Source of the DNA: Yuukianura sp. NJ FZ-2021
Taxonomy: Eukaryota
Length of the DNA: 64,000 bases
Assembly: GCA_046563655.1 (NCBI GenBank)
Contig: CM102287.1
Span: 620,001-684,000, forward strand
Direction: 5' to 3'
Position numbers and translations under genes: made by a program. Every line of letters starts with the position of its first letter. The stretch's first letter is position 1. Positions 49,187 to 61,193 of the stretch are shown piece by piece. The notes beneath the pieces are model-generated. The model was not told where the DNA came from, made no database searches, and saw nothing but the letters and a program-made list of their open reading frames with translations.

Positions 49187-49947
49187 ATGGCCTTCTACGC
49201 TACACTTCTGTCAAACGGCTCACGTTATTTCGCTGATAACCAAACGGCAAACTATAGGATAAAGCTTCCATCAAAAGTGAAACTTGAACCCTCGTCATAC
49301 GAAGTTGGGCTCACCGAATTAACCTATATTTGTTCAATAAAAACTATAACAGGAATTGAACAAGATAACGTAATTAGGTTTACTGGAGTTAATAGAGCAG
49401 GAAAAATAGAGCTTCCAACACTTCATTATGTTGGTGTTGAAGATATAGTTCAGACAGTGAATAGGTTCTTCCGAAAACACGAAGTGCCTTGTAACCTAAA
49501 ATATTATGCAGTAAAATGTCGTATTAGTTTGGAGGTTGGTGGTGGATATTCTATTGAGCTGAGCGACAAACTTTCTGATATTTTTTTTGTTTTAATGGGG
49601 AAACCGAATTTAACTCTAACCTACCGGAAGGATCATCGTCAGCTTATTACATAGCACCATTCAGACCCGATTTGCTTGGAGGGAGGTACCACATGTTTAT
49701 TTATTGTGACATAATCGAATCTCAAATCGTCGGTTCTTCGTTTGTTCCTCTTCTACGTATGGTTAATATCATTGGAAACGAGGGACAAGCAGTAACTCAA
49801 ACTTTTGCACATCCGTTCTACCTACCAGTTTCTCGAACAGAATTCGACATCATCTCAATTCTCTTGTGCGACGAATTTGGCGAGGAGTTACCGATCGACA
49901 AAGGTCAGGTCACATTGACCCTTCATTTCAGAAAAGTATCCACCTAA
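49187..49947 (+). pseudogene. Polinton minor capsid (penton-like), frameshifted at T-run ~49585
   Basis: FYATLLSN...YRIKLP...YEVGLTEL; YCDIIESQIVG...PLLR...LTLHFRK. Confidence 0.8.
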
Positions 49948-50667
49948 TGGAAAAGGACACGTATGAGTTCAACACCATTCAATTGCGTCACCCGTTTACA
50001 TACATTGTTGCTGGTGGGACGATGTCGGGGAAAACAACGCTTGTCTGCAAATTAATTGAAAACCTAGATCTTATGGTTACGCCAAGAATTGATGACGAAA
50101 TCGTTTTTTATAAAGTATATCAAAGTGGATATGACGTAATGAAATCATCCAACTCAAGAGTCAGGTGCATACAAGGTTTGAAGTTGGATGAAGTCTATGC
50201 ACCGAATACGTTACTTATCATTGACGACCAGATGGCAGATTTACTAAAGGATAAGGCAGTTCAAGAACTTTTTACTTGTGGTGTTCACCATAGGTAATTA
50301 CACGTTGTTCATTGTAAATTATCATAAGAATTTCGTCGTTCACACATTACTTTGGAATTTCAGGTCAATATCCGTTATATTCTTGTCGCAAAATCTGCTG
50401 CCTCAGGGGAAATATGCGAGGGATATTCGTTTGAATACACATTACATGACGATTTGCAAAACTCCCTCCTTCCCTTCGCAAGTGATGTACCTGAGTGGAC
50501 AACTTAATCCAAGAAAGCCTAGTGCGATTTTAACAGCATATGAACAGGCAACTCGGAAGCCTTATTCCTACTTGTTTTTGAACTTGCATCCAAGCTGTCA
50601 CGATAATTTACGAATTCAGTCAGGGATTTTTCCTACGGAAGAGCACATTGTTTACGTGCCAAGTTAA
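49947..50667 (+). CDS. Packaging ATPase (A32/FtsK-like) with intron 50294-50363
   Basis: Walker A GGTMSGKT, Walker B LLIIDD; splicing joins HHR|SISVIFLSQN; RDIRLN. Confidence 0.88.
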
Positions 50668-50678
50668 AGTACTTCAGA

Positions 50679-51027
50679 ATGACAAAGCGGTTAGTAAGGA
50701 ACAGAACGTTTCTGGAAGAGGTGAAGAAGTGTAAACCGTCTAAGCGTAGAAATTTAATAAAAAAAAGCTACAAAAGACAACATTGACGCCCTTTCTGAAG
50801 TCGCACTAAATACACTGCTTGGGAACGTTCCATTGAACAGGGAACATAAAAAAAAACTTCGACGACACAAGGTCAGCATCCGAAATCTAGCAAAAAAGTT
50901 TTCAATTAAAAAGAAAAAAGATTTCCTGATACAAAAAGGTGGGTTTCTACCTTTGCTGGTTACGCCTGCTTTGTCTATACTTGGTGGTCTCGCAGCGAAC
51001 GCCCTGACTCATATCGTTGGTTTGTGA
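50679..51027 (+). pseudogene. Small basic Polinton protein with adenovirus pX-like C-terminus (frameshift in A-run)
   Basis: EVALNTLLGNVPL...QKGGFLPLLVTPALSILGGL. Confidence 0.65.
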
Positions 51028-51608
51028 TGTCTAAGAAAATGAAGCTAATACCACATTTAGAGTACGAAAAACTCATTGCATTACAACGGGCGCCTCAACT
51101 TTTACACAAATCTGCCGCTGTCCAACTCATACACCGAAAACACGCTGCTGCCACAAATATTCTAAAATGGAATTCGGTTTCAGACGACGCCAAACTAGCT
51201 TTGTTCAATAGCATGGTAAAAGGTCTACATGAAAATATTTCGGCCTTGTCGAACATTCCACTTCGCGTCGAATCTGAAAAATTAACTAGCGAACCACAAA
51301 AACCGGAAGAAATACCTAAAAACGATGCAGAAACAACAGTAGACCAGTTACTGTACAACAGTCATCTTGCCAAATTTCTACCAAAAAAGTACCAAGAGGT
51401 TGCTTTAAAAATCATGCAAATTCTTTCGAGTTCTGCATTCAACATATCATGGGATGAAGCTGGTCAGGTTTCATATAAAGGTGTGCCCAGAAGCGGAGCA
51501 AACACCATTGAGTTGCTGACATATGTTCTTAAACCTCCGGCAAAAGTGACTCCTCCTAAAGGAATTAGAACATTTATTTATATTTTGAAGAAGGTGCACA
51601 TTCCAAAG
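51027..51608 (+). pseudogene. Conserved Polinton protein of unknown function, 3' truncated
   Basis: MSKKMKLIP; ISWDEAGQVSYKG...SGANTIELL...PKGIRTF...VHIP. Confidence 0.55.
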
Positions 51609-52112
51609 GATGCTGTGATTTGCTTCTATTGCGGATTATGCTTGACCTCTTGGTCACCACTTGATTCGCCATGGCTCGAACATCGAATTCACTCTCCGAA
51701 TTGCGCCTACTTAAATTTGCATCATCCGGTCACAAATGTAATAGCATATTGTATATTACAGTTTTTAAAGTTGTCTAATGAGTGTAAAATAACTGGTTAT
51801 TCATTATTGAAATCTTCTTTTAGATGCCTACGGAGGCTGAGTCAGTCGATACTAACATTCAGCAAAATATTGAAGCCGGTAAGAAGATATCTAAAAAGTC
51901 ATTTGTTGACCCGATTAAAAAATTCAATAACATTTTACAGAGCTAAACAACCTCAAGGCCTTGGTCCAGTGTAAGATTTGCATGACCCGCCAAGTATCCT
52001 AAAGTTTGCTCCTTGCTGCCACATGGTAACGTGTCTCGAATGCTGCACCACCCAGTCAATATGTCCACTATGCCGCACAGAAGTTCGACTTATTTTGAAA
52101 GTCTTTTTATAA
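51609..52112 (+). pseudogene. Inhibitor-of-apoptosis (IAP)-like remnant: half BIR + C-terminal RING
   Basis: DAVICFYCGLCLTSW...PWLEHRIHSPNCAYL; CKICM...(frameshift)PCCHMVTCLECC...CPLCRT..LKVFL*; GT-AG intron ~51879-51940. Confidence 0.82.
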
Positions 52113-52163
52113 TGAATGTTAGAATGAAAGTTATAATGAAAGTTAAACATAAAGGTTTAGGTT

Positions 52164-54550
52164 TTATTTTCTCAATAAGTAGTGACCGTAAGGCATTGTT
52201 GAAATTCCGTCTTCTAGTATACTATATCGTTTTGAGTCAAAACCATGTAATGCAGCCTTTTTCGTTTTGATATTGTAAACTTTATGTTTAAAGGAACGCA
52301 TTGAGTTTGTTGAGCAGCATAGCATCTTTTGCTTAAATAAAACTTTCTTTAACATTTCAAATGATATTGAGTTTTGTTGTATTCTTTGCGGTACTCCTTT
52401 CATTGCTGTCTTCTTAAACACGGATTCATCGTAATCTTCACCTTCAAAGCAATACGACTTCGGGGCAAGTCCAACAAACTTTGTAAGAATTTTGCCTTTA
52501 ACTTCGTCTTTCATTTTTCCTGTAACACCAGCGTTTTTCGTGGAATAATTAGGATGTAAAGTCGGTAAGTTGCTGGTGTCGAACAAATGAAGATCATTTT
52601 CAATATCCTTGTAAATATCAGCAGTGCTAATCAAGTATGATAAGCTGTCCGTGTCAGTCATCAGTAGTGTTGCATTTTCACCCCATTTTTCTTTCACATA
52701 GTCGTAATGGAAACGTGCCATATGAAGTTTGCTTAACTTTAGCACGGAAAATCCGGTGTAGATTGCCTTGTTTAGTGTAACAACTGATTCCTGCATTCGG
52801 AAGCAAGCCAGGTTTGATGCCAAAATGTCATGTGACAGAAATTGACACTTGGATATTAACTTGGAAGCAGTTTTTCTGTCGTTCACAACTTTAACGTTCA
52901 TGCGCTTTCGTACGGATTCCATTTCTTTCCCGAAGACCGCGTTAACACATAGTTTGAAAAACATTCTCTGGAAATCATTTTTGGCCATACGGCGCTGAGT
53001 GCTGTTGAACTCGACGTAAGACTTGAGCCAAGCCATTTGCCTAAATGCAAGTATTCTGGAAATTTTGTCGATCACCAAACCCTTCTGGACGTAAAATTTT
53101 AGATTTGCAACATGGCAAATGTAGTTTTTACGAGGGTAAAAGTGAGACACCAACTTATCTTATGCCTCCATGTAGTTGATTGGGAGTTGCTCAAGCATTT
53201 TCTTTTGGACACGACTAAAATGACGCGAGTTTACCGAAGTCTTCTCACACGCCAATGGATAGCACTTGTGTTTATTGTGCAACTCCGCTAATATATTTTT
53301 GAGGTTAAAATATATTCATTAACCGCAAATAAATATTTATAACAACATGTACCTGGATAAGATAGATCTACTTCCAGAATATATCCAATCTCATCATCAG
53401 GATCAACGTCGTCAATTTTGAAGTTACTGATAAGTTCTGTGGAAAAAAAAATGTAAGCAGAAAAAACATTTGAATTATAAAATTTTTAATATAAAGAAAA
53501 ATACCATTGTTTAAGAAAACAAATCCGTCTACGGGTAGTTTGCTTTCCATCGCTTTCCCATATAGGTTTACCATGTCCCATAACACGATATACAGTTGAT
53601 TTATATTTCTCTCGTCACCAGTATAGTTTTTCATTTATTTGTTCTTCGCCTCTGCGTACCGATGAGATATTTGTGAAACACCACCTAATAATTATAACCA
53701 GCAGTTTATCACAAAAGCTAAGTTGAAGAATGATTATTAGTAAATAAAAATTTTATACCTCTCATTCCTTTCTCAAGGAATGTGTACATGTCGATATCGG
53801 TGAGAAGCTCCAATTTCACACCTGAAAGCTTCAAGGCCGCGTCCCATGCGAGACCAGGCAAGGAGAAATAATGTACCGGATCAAGCTTGAAGTTCCGTAA
53901 CGCCATAGTCCGGAATTCTTCAAATACACAAGCCAAAAGTAGTGCGTCCGTTAACAAGTACAGATCATGGTACTCCCCAAGTGATGTCAGTCCAAAGCTT
54001 TCAAAAACTTGTTTAGCATACATGTAGTCGGAGGTTGTAATGTGACTGTTTGTAAGCGTGTTGAAAAATTTCGATTGTGTTGGCAGAGACGGTTCATCAA
54101 ATCGTTCCCAGGAGTCGATGTAATCATAAGGGTACACACCTTTTCTTGTTAGGAATTCAAATTTACTTCCGAAGACTTCCTGGAGCAATCGAAATCCAGT
54201 ATTTCCATTTTCTTTTAAGTTTGCGGTAAGTTCATTCAACGAACAATTCATGAACTGAAGGCTGTCAATGAACTTCAAAGACTCAATTGTAACCGACATG
54301 TACTTCTCCGTATTTGTAGGTATAACTTTTATATTCTTCGCACGAACATTGTTGAGTCCTTTTATTATGAGGCGGTGATCGTAGCCACGGAAGTTGTGCA
54401 TCTGCAAAAAACATAACAAAGCTTATAAGTAAAAGCAAACGGTGTTCATGAATATATGATAAATATATGATCCTCTGACCACTACTGGAAGAACTTCCTT
54501 GTGTTGAAATTGTAGATTACAGCTATCATGTGCAGCCCCACGAAAAACAC
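52164..54550 (-). pseudogene. polB: Protein-primed DNA polymerase B, 3' exons (introns 54402-54479, 53685-53758, 53437-53504, 53288-53352; internal stop ~53636)
   Basis: FRGAAHDSCNL, HNFRGYD, FIDSLQF, RKGVYPYDY, YHDLYL, RGGVSQ, DMVNLYG, EVDLSYP, KLCVNAVFGK, TDTDS, FVGLAPKSY. Confidence 0.92.
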
Positions 54551-54578
54551 CTAATAAAAATAATTTGTATCAAACTAC

Positions 54579-54978
54579 TGTAATGAAAAGACGTTAATTC
54601 TAGAATAAAATAACGAACTTTCCAAAACACGATTTGAGATTGCAAGTTGCAATGAGGTTAACTTTTATTTTTCAAAGTTCAAAAAAAGGTTAATGAACTC
54701 TGTCAGTCACACGACTGGCAGAGTTTTAGTATTTTTAAAGAATGAAAAACGAATGATGATCTGTAAAGGTGGGCTGGGTCCTTTTATAGGGCCCAGTGAG
54801 GCGGAAGTCAGGAGTTACGAGTAACTCCAGCGTAAATGAATATGCTAACAATGTGAGGATTACGTTGTTCTTAGAAAATGACAATGACTATTTTTAGACT
54901 AACTTTACAATTTGCAAAGTTCAAAGACAAAAGAAATCTAACATGAGAAAATAAAAGGTTGTTGACTTCTTCCTTACA
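54579..54978 (-). repeat. 3' LTR of element C
   Basis: Direct repeat of 60794-61193. Confidence 0.96.
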
Positions 54979-54989
54979 GTCCTCCCTTC

Positions 54990-55692
54990 TTAGGGTGGCA
55001 ACTCACCGGAGTTGCGAGAGACACGTTGATTGGGACAGTGCTTCTTCTTATGGCCGTACTGGTCACAAATGAAGCAGGTCCTGGATCGACGTCTTGACGT
55101 TGGTGGTGGAGCCATCGCTGCGAGAGTTGCACGGATGTCGCGGACGTCCGTGAGAACAAGTATCGGCCTCGCAGAAGATGTTGGTTGTTGAAGTTGCGGT
55201 TGTTGCTGCTGCTGATGGGGCCTTTGAGGTGGGGGCCTTGAAGTGCTCGCTCGGGCGAAACTGTACCGCCGATGTCGTGAAGCATCGAAGTTGGCAAGTG
55301 GGGATTCCGGTTGAGTAGGCGTTTCCTTCCTCTTCCTCGGAATTCTCCAGGCAGAAAAATCAGTACGTCCGTCCGGCGGGTTAGAATTCAGCAGTAGTGG
55401 CATCGTTGACGAAGTAGAGTTGAGGGAGTCCTTAGATGATGTCGAAATGGTTGGTGATGGAGTCGATTGGGTCATCTGAAGGCTCCTCATCTGATCTAAA
55501 AAAAAGAAAATAAAAATGTAATTAGTATTTTTGTTAAATAAAATTGGATTAGTGGATAGGGGGAATGAGACAAAAGGAGACACAGACACAATGCAAGGCA
55601 AAGGTCACGGTGAGCTTACCCGCTACTTCATTGTCGATTTGGAGCAATAGCTCGTCAGTCTCCGTCTCCATCGTCGTAGTCCCAGTCTCCAT
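54990..55692 (-). CDS. Spliced accessory ORF3 of element C (S/P/Q-rich, CCHC knuckle); intron 55496-55619
   Basis: METG...NEVA g|GTAAG...TTTTTTAG|at CAG joins in frame to DQMRS...CFICDQYGHKKKHC. Confidence 0.65.
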
Positions 55693-58600
55693 ACCGAGTT
55701 GGTGGTTTTCTTGACCTTGTCGACCTTCTAGGTGGAGTAATGACCTTTGTCGGAGGTTGAATCTGAGGCAGCAGAGTTTCCTCGGAAGAAGATGATGATG
55801 AAATGACACGACTCCGTGCATTGCGAGTCGTTTTTATAACCGTGAGGTCACTCACACTAGCACTACTGAGTTCACTGTCGCTACCACCAAGATTTACATG
55901 TCGGGACAATGACCTAGTCTTGGAACTAGAACTTTTTGCACTATTTTGCGATCTTGTTCCTGAACTAATTTGCTTATTACTAGACGCAGATTCACTTTTT
56001 GTTTTTGCACTCACAGCTGAGTGACGAGAAGTGGAGGGGAGAGAAGAACCAGTACTGTTCTTTTCCTTTTTCCTCCCACTGCAAGGTTGAATGGGGACTG
56101 CACTAGCCCCTTTGTTACCACTGATCTTATTTTTCCTTTCTATTTCCCTAACATGATCAGTGAAGGAACTTTCACTTTCACTGTCAGATGTCGGCAAAAA
56201 TTCTGAATGGTAATGTTCCAAATCACGCACATGAACAACTACGCTCTTGGAACGGCTGTTTAATTTTTTAATTTTATAATTAACCTCACTAGTTTGGCTA
56301 ATTATTTTGTAAGGGCCATCTTTTTGGGCAATAAAAGCTTTACTTAGACCCTTTTTAAGAATAGGCTTAGATCTTATGACCAATTCGCCTACATGAAATT
56401 TCTGTTCTTTTCGAGTCTTATTGACTCTGGATTTGTTTTTCTCATGATTTTTCTGAGAATTTAATTGAGCTTCATGCCGATGCTCATTTAATTTTTCCAA
56501 ATCGAACTCTTGATCAGAATCAAAGTTCGGCAGCTCAATGTCAATTGGCAAAGTAGCTTCTCTGCCAAATAACAAATAAAATGGAGAGAATTCTGCTGAC
56601 GAATGCTTTTGGACATTATAAGCAAATGTCGCTCTGTCCAAACATAAATCCCAATTCTTTTGATTTTCATCAACGGTTTTTGCAATTCCCTTTTTAAGGG
56701 TCTTATTGCAGCGTTCCGTCATGCCATTAGCCTGAGGGTGATATGGCGATGTAAATTTCAGCTTAAAGCTAAATTCATTTGCTGCGGCTTTTGTCAAATT
56801 TGCAGTCAATTGCCTTCCTTGATCAAGAACAAATTCTTTTGGCAAAGAATGCTTGAAAATTATTTTGTTTTTGATTGCCTGCACTGCTTCTTCTGCAGTA
56901 ACGGCTGGAATTGCGCATGTTTCAGCGTATCTAGTGTAATGATCAATGAAAACAATTGCATATTTGTTTCCTGAATCTGATTTTATAAATGGTCCTACAA
57001 AATCGACCCCTACACGCTCAAATGGCTGCGTGACCTCGTCAAAATCTTGCATAAGGCCATACTCAGGACCGGGTCGCTTTCTAAATTTTTGACAACCGAG
57101 AATGTACTTTCTCGTGTCCCTGTACATTCCAACCCAATGGAAGCGACTCCTAACCAATTCCCAAGTTTTAGTAATTCCTGAGTGACCTGCAAGGTCACCA
57201 GCATGCAGAGAATCTAACACAATTTTTCTTAAGCATTTTGGAAGAACAATCTTCCACTGGCGTCCAGAAGGCGCAAAATTGGGAAACAATAAAATTCCTT
57301 CTTGAAGACTGTACTGGTCTAATTGTTTGACATTAGGTCTTGGGATGCTACTTATCCCTTTCTCCTCAGATTCAATGTACAAAATAATTGACCTGAGAGC
57401 ATGATCTGACCTTTGTTTAACTTTCAATTCATTTTTGGAGAATAATTCAGGAACTCCATCCAGAAGAAGGACGTCTGAACTGTCCATACTCTCTGGTGGG
57501 TCAACTGGGTACCTTGACAATGGGTCTACGTCATTGGCAGTCCTCCCCGGTCTGTGGACGATGGTCATATCTTGGTTCTGCAAGGTTATTGACCATCTAG
57601 CAAGTCTACTATTGACATTGTCTTTGACAGAAAACAGCCACCTGAGGGCGTTGTGGTCAGTGTACACAGTGTATTTAGTACCATAAATGTAAGGTCTAAA
57701 TTTCTTAACTGCATAAACAACTGCTAAGCATTCTTGTTCTGTCGCAGAATATTTACGTTCTGCCTCTAGCATAGTACGACTTGCGTAAGAAATTACACAG
57801 GGTTTTCCATTTTGTATTTGGACCAGGGTTGCTCCAAGCCCATATCCACTACTGTCACAGTGTATTTCTGTGGGTACATTATCCATAGGGTACGCCAGTA
57901 TTGGACTTTTGACTAAACAGTCTTTTAATATTTGAAAAGCTAAATTCTGCTTTTCTCCCCAATCAAATTTTTGATTTTTCCTTAATAATGCAGTAAGTGG
58001 AATTGCAATTCGTCCAAAATTTTGGATAAATCGTCTGTAATATCCACACATTCCCAAAAATGACTTTACATCAGTTTGATTTTTTGGAATTGGGAACTTT
58101 TCAATTGCAACTGTTTTGTTTGGGTCCACCTGAATTCCATGTTCAGATATTATGTGGCCCAAATAGCTGAGTCTGTTAGTCCCAAACACACATTTACTGA
58201 TTTTTAAGGTCAGTCCGGCTTCTTTAAGTCGGTTTAAAACTGTGACAAGCCTACTTTTATGCTCATCAAAAGTTCTGCCCCAAATTACAAGGTCATCTAA
58301 ATACACAAGGACAACGTTCCATTTTAAATTCATTAGAACCAAGTCCATTAAGTACTGAAAACTAGATGGAGCATTGCACAATCCCATTGGAAGTCTTTTG
58401 AATTGAAATAGTCCATCAGGAGTAATGAAAGCTGTCTTTTCTTTGTCTTTCGGATCTACCTCAATTTGGTAAAATCCAGACAGTAAGTCCAAGACTGTAA
58501 AGTACTTGGCTCCTGACAGTCTATCCAATGCATCATCCATCCTTGGCAATGGGTAGGAATTTTTCTTTGTGATTGCATTTAGTTTTCTGTAGTCAATGAC

Positions 58601-59902
58601 CAGTCTGTGACTACCATCCTTTTTTGGTACCAGTATGACCGGTGAAGACCATGGGGAAATTGACTCTTCAATGATGTCACTTTCAAGCAATTTATTAATT
58701 TTCTCTTTAATTTTGCTTCTTTGAGGGTAAGAGACCCGATACGGATGACTCCGAATTGGTAAACTGTCGCCAGTGTCAATTTTATGACGAACAAGACTAG
58801 TTTTTCCCAAATCTGTTTCATCCTCAGCAAAGAGCATAGGATACTGGTTAATTAGTTTTGTAATTTCGGATTTTTCAAGACTCGTCAGGTTTTCTCCTAA
58901 TTTGGGTTTAAAATTCCCAATCATGCATTCCTCGGCTTCGATGGTCTCGCCATCTTCCGTTAGGTAATACAAGTTTTTGTTAGGAGGACATATTTCACCA
59001 TAACAAATAGTTGTGCCTTTTCCCAAGGTCACACAGAAATTGTTTAAATTGGTGAGCCATATATCAGTACGGCTGTCCCTGACTGTCGAGTAAACATAAG
59101 GTTGAAGTAAGGCTTTAGCCTCATTAAGTTCCTTGTTTGGGTTCAGTATCACTGACCCTGAAATAATGTGATCTGACTCAACCGTAATTCTTGAATTCAT
59201 TTTTGGTTGAAGTCGGACAGTTTTGGTTAACTTGAATTTGTGTAACCGAGGTACATTTTCCTCAGCCTTTGGCAAATTCAGAGGTAAATTTTCATCAATT
59301 GTTGAGATTTCCTTTTTGTTTAGGTTTCTGGTTGTCCAGTCGGTACCTAATAGCATTCTGGGCTTCAATCCTTTCATTAGGTGAAAGCCCCAAATAGTGA
59401 GAACATTTTCGTAGGTGAACTTCAGTTCAACCATTTCATCAATTTTTGTTTCACTATTGGCTGTGTTGACCACCACTGGGCAAATCCTATACCTCTTATG
59501 TACAAACTCCTGTACTTCATTTAAAAACTCTAAGCCAATGCTGCTAAAGTTAGCACCTTCATCGACTTGTATTTTATACGTTTGGGTACCGAACGTAAGT
59601 TCGGTAAAGACTTTTGGACCGTACCTCCATTTCCGGAAAGGTACAGGAACTGTAGTTCCTTCAACAGAAGTTTCCGGAATTGAATCCGTAAGATAATTAT
59701 TTTTATTTGTATTCAAATTTTGTTTCACTTTACTAGCGTAAGTATCGCTAGTAGTTTGTTTTGTTTGAATTTTTGAAAATTTTGAATTTTCAAAGACTAA
59801 GGTATTTTGCCCAAGGATGCATTTGTTTACATCCTGTGCAGTTAAAGTGTACGCTGCTTTTGTCATTGGGTGAGCGTAAACACCCGGTTTGTTTAGTTTT
59901 TT
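55655..59902 (-). CDS. pol: Pol of element C (-1 frameshift from gag at A AAA AAC, 59896-59902)
   Basis: VDEGAN protease, RLVIDYRKLN, YLDD, CDSSGYGLGA, VDFVGP, DQG, ERCNKT, GPY. Confidence 0.95.
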   Translation of the reverse strand, partial: KKLNKPGVYAHPMTKAAYTLTAQDVNKCILGQNTLVFENSKFSKIQTKQTTSDTYASKVKQNLNTNKNNYLTDSIPETSVEGTTVPVPFRKWRYGPKVFTELTFGTQTYKIQVDEGANFSSIGLEFLNEVQEFVHKRYRICPVVVNTANSETKIDEMVELKFTYENVLTIWGFHLMKGLKPRMLLGTDWTTRNLNKKEISTIDENLPLNLPKAEENVPRLHKFKLTKTVRLQPKMNSRITVESDHIISGSVILNPNKELNEAKALLQPYVYSTVRDSRTDIWLTNLNNFCVTLGKGTTICYGEICPPNKNLYYLTEDGETIEAEECMIGNFKPKLGENLTSLEKSEITKLINQYPMLFAEDETDLGKTSLVRHKIDTGDSLPIRSHPYRVSYPQRSKIKEKINKLLESDIIEESISPWSSPVILVPKKDGSHRLVIDYRKLNAITKKNSYPLPRMDDALDRLSGAKYFTVLDLLSGFYQIEVDPKDKEKTAFITPDGLFQFKRLPMGLCNAPSSFQYLMDLVLMNLKWNVVLVYLDDLVIWGRTFDEHKSRLVTVLNRLKEAGLTLKISKCVFGTNRLSYLGHIISEHGIQVDPNKTVAIEKFPIPKNQTDVKSFLGMCGYYRRFIQNFGRIAIPLTALLRKNQKFDWGEKQNLAFQILKDCLVKSPILAYPMDNVPTEIHCDSSGYGLGATLVQIQNGKPCVISYASRTMLEAERKYSATEQECLAVVYAVKKFRPYIYGTKYTVYTDHNALRWLFSVKDNVNSRLARWSITLQNQDMTIVHRPGRTANDVDPLSRYPVDPPESMDSSDVLLLDGVPELFSKNELKVKQRSDHALRSIILYIESEEKGISSIPRPNVKQLDQYSLQEGILLFPNFAPSGRQWKIVLPKCLRKIVLDSLHAGDLAGHSGITKTWELVRSRFHWVGMYRDTRKYILGCQKFRKRPGPEYGLMQDFDEVTQPFERVGVDFVGPFIKSDSGNKYAIVFIDHYTRYAETCAIPAVTAEEAVQAIKNKIIFKHSLPKEFVLDQGRQLTANLTKAAANEFSFKLKFTSPYHPQANGMTERCNKTLKKGIAKTVDENQKNWDLCLDRATFAYNVQKHSSAEFSPFYLLFGREATLPIDIELPNFDSDQEFDLEKLNEHRHEAQLNSQKNHEKNKSRVNKTRKEQKFHVGELVIRSKPILKKGLSKAFIAQKDGPYKIISQTSEVNYKIKKLNSRSKSVVVHVRDLEHYHSEFLPTSDSESESSFTDHVREIERKNKISGNKGASAVPIQPCSGRKKEKNSTGSSLPSTSRHSAVSAKTKSESASSNKQISSGTRSQNSAKSSSSKTRSLSRHVNLGGSDSELSSASVSDLTVIKTTRNARSRVISSSSSSEETLLPQIQPPTKVITPPRRSTRSRKPPTRYGDWDYDDGDGD

Positions 59903-60777
59903 GTATTTGATTGTTCTGTTTGTTCTGCTTCAACATTTGAAAATGAAGCACTAACTGTCTTTGTTCTAAGCTGTGGATGTTTTGAATAGCATCGGTCTTC
60001 AGTGTGACCATCTCGTTTACAAAATGTGCAAAATTTGGAATTACGGTACTTTGCATTTTTACCATTGTCAGTTTCAGAAGTGACAGTAGCAGTGGATTCT
60101 TTTGAGTTCAATGAAATCCCTGTGTCAGTGTTTGGTCTATTTTTGAATTGTGACATTTGACCTTGACTTTGACCTCGCTTGTCAACGGATTGCGGTTTGT
60201 CAATTTTCCGAAGTTTCTGCAGAAATTCAGCTGGAGATTTCGGATCTATGAGTGTCATCATGTTTTTCAGTGAATAATGTAATCCTTTAATTAGTTTTTC
60301 AACTTGCTTCTCGTCTGACATGTCAGGGTCAATGACCGAGAAGCAAGCTAAACGTTTGGCGACAAACTCCGAGGGAGAGTCGCAATTAGAAAGAAAAATA
60401 GATTTCAGTTTTTTTTTCGCTTCTGTTTTTATTTCCTCTGGGTCATAGAATGACCTCAGAGCAGTTTTCAATTCTTGCCATTTAGTATTGGCATTGGCAG
60501 GGGTCAAATCCCTGATTATTTTAATTTGTGACCAACGCCACCATTCCAGAGCTTCTCCTTCCATCAATTGATGGAAGTTCAGGATCAGCGCATTGCTGTC
60601 CAAAGCTCCTGATGATGATTTGTGTCCAAGGCATCACACCTAAGGGTCAAAAGGTCAACGTTCGACTTGCCATCAAAAACTGGCACAGAACGGACCACTG
60701 CCTTTAGGTCAAACGATTTGGTCAACGCTTGCGCGGACCCAGTAGCATCAGTTGGGGTGGATGTCGAGGTCATCATC
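59893..60777 (-). pseudogene. gag: Gag of element C, frameshifted near 60600
   Basis: VPVFDGK; MEGEALEWW; knuckle CTFCKRDGHTEDRC. Confidence 0.8.
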
Positions 60778-60793
60778 TTTCTCGTCCACCAAT

Positions 60794-61193
60794 TGTAATG
60801 AAAAGACGTTAATTCTAGAATAAAATAACGAACTTTCCAAAACACGATTTGAGATTGCAAGTTGCAATGAGGTTAACTTTTATTTTTCAAAGTTCAAAAA
60901 AAGGTTAATGAACTCTGTCAGTCACACGACTGGCAGAGTTTTAGTATTTTTAAAGAATGAAAAACGAATGATGATCTGTAAAGGTGGACTGGGTCCTTTT
61001 ATAGGGCCCAGTGAGGCGGAAGTCAGGAGTTACGAGTAACTCCAGCGTAAATGAATATGCTAACAATGTGAGGATTACGTTGTTCTTAGAAAATGACAAT
61101 GACTATTTTTAGACTAACTTTACAATTTGCAAAGTTCAAAGACAAAAGAAATCTAACATGAGAAAATAAAAGGTTGTTGACTTCTTCCTTACA
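60794..61193 (-). repeat. 5' LTR of element C
   Basis: Direct repeat of 54579-54978 followed by PBS. Confidence 0.96.

Larger units (their letters stand above)
54579..61193 (-). mobile_element. Ty3/Gypsy LTR retrotransposon C, full length, inserted in a polB intron
   Basis: 400-bp LTRs 54579-54978 and 60794-61193 (1 mismatch seen); TSD CTAC; PBS-like TGGTGGACGAG; PPT AGAAGGGAGGAC. Confidence 0.96.

Noticed and set aside
51024..51974. 316-aa ORF as a genuine novel fusion protein
   Set aside because: Only half a BIR is present and the tail reads through introns; more likely a deletion junction
22825..59696. Short antisense and alternate-frame ORFs overlapping gag/pol/Polinton genes
   Set aside because: No motifs; expected shadow ORFs
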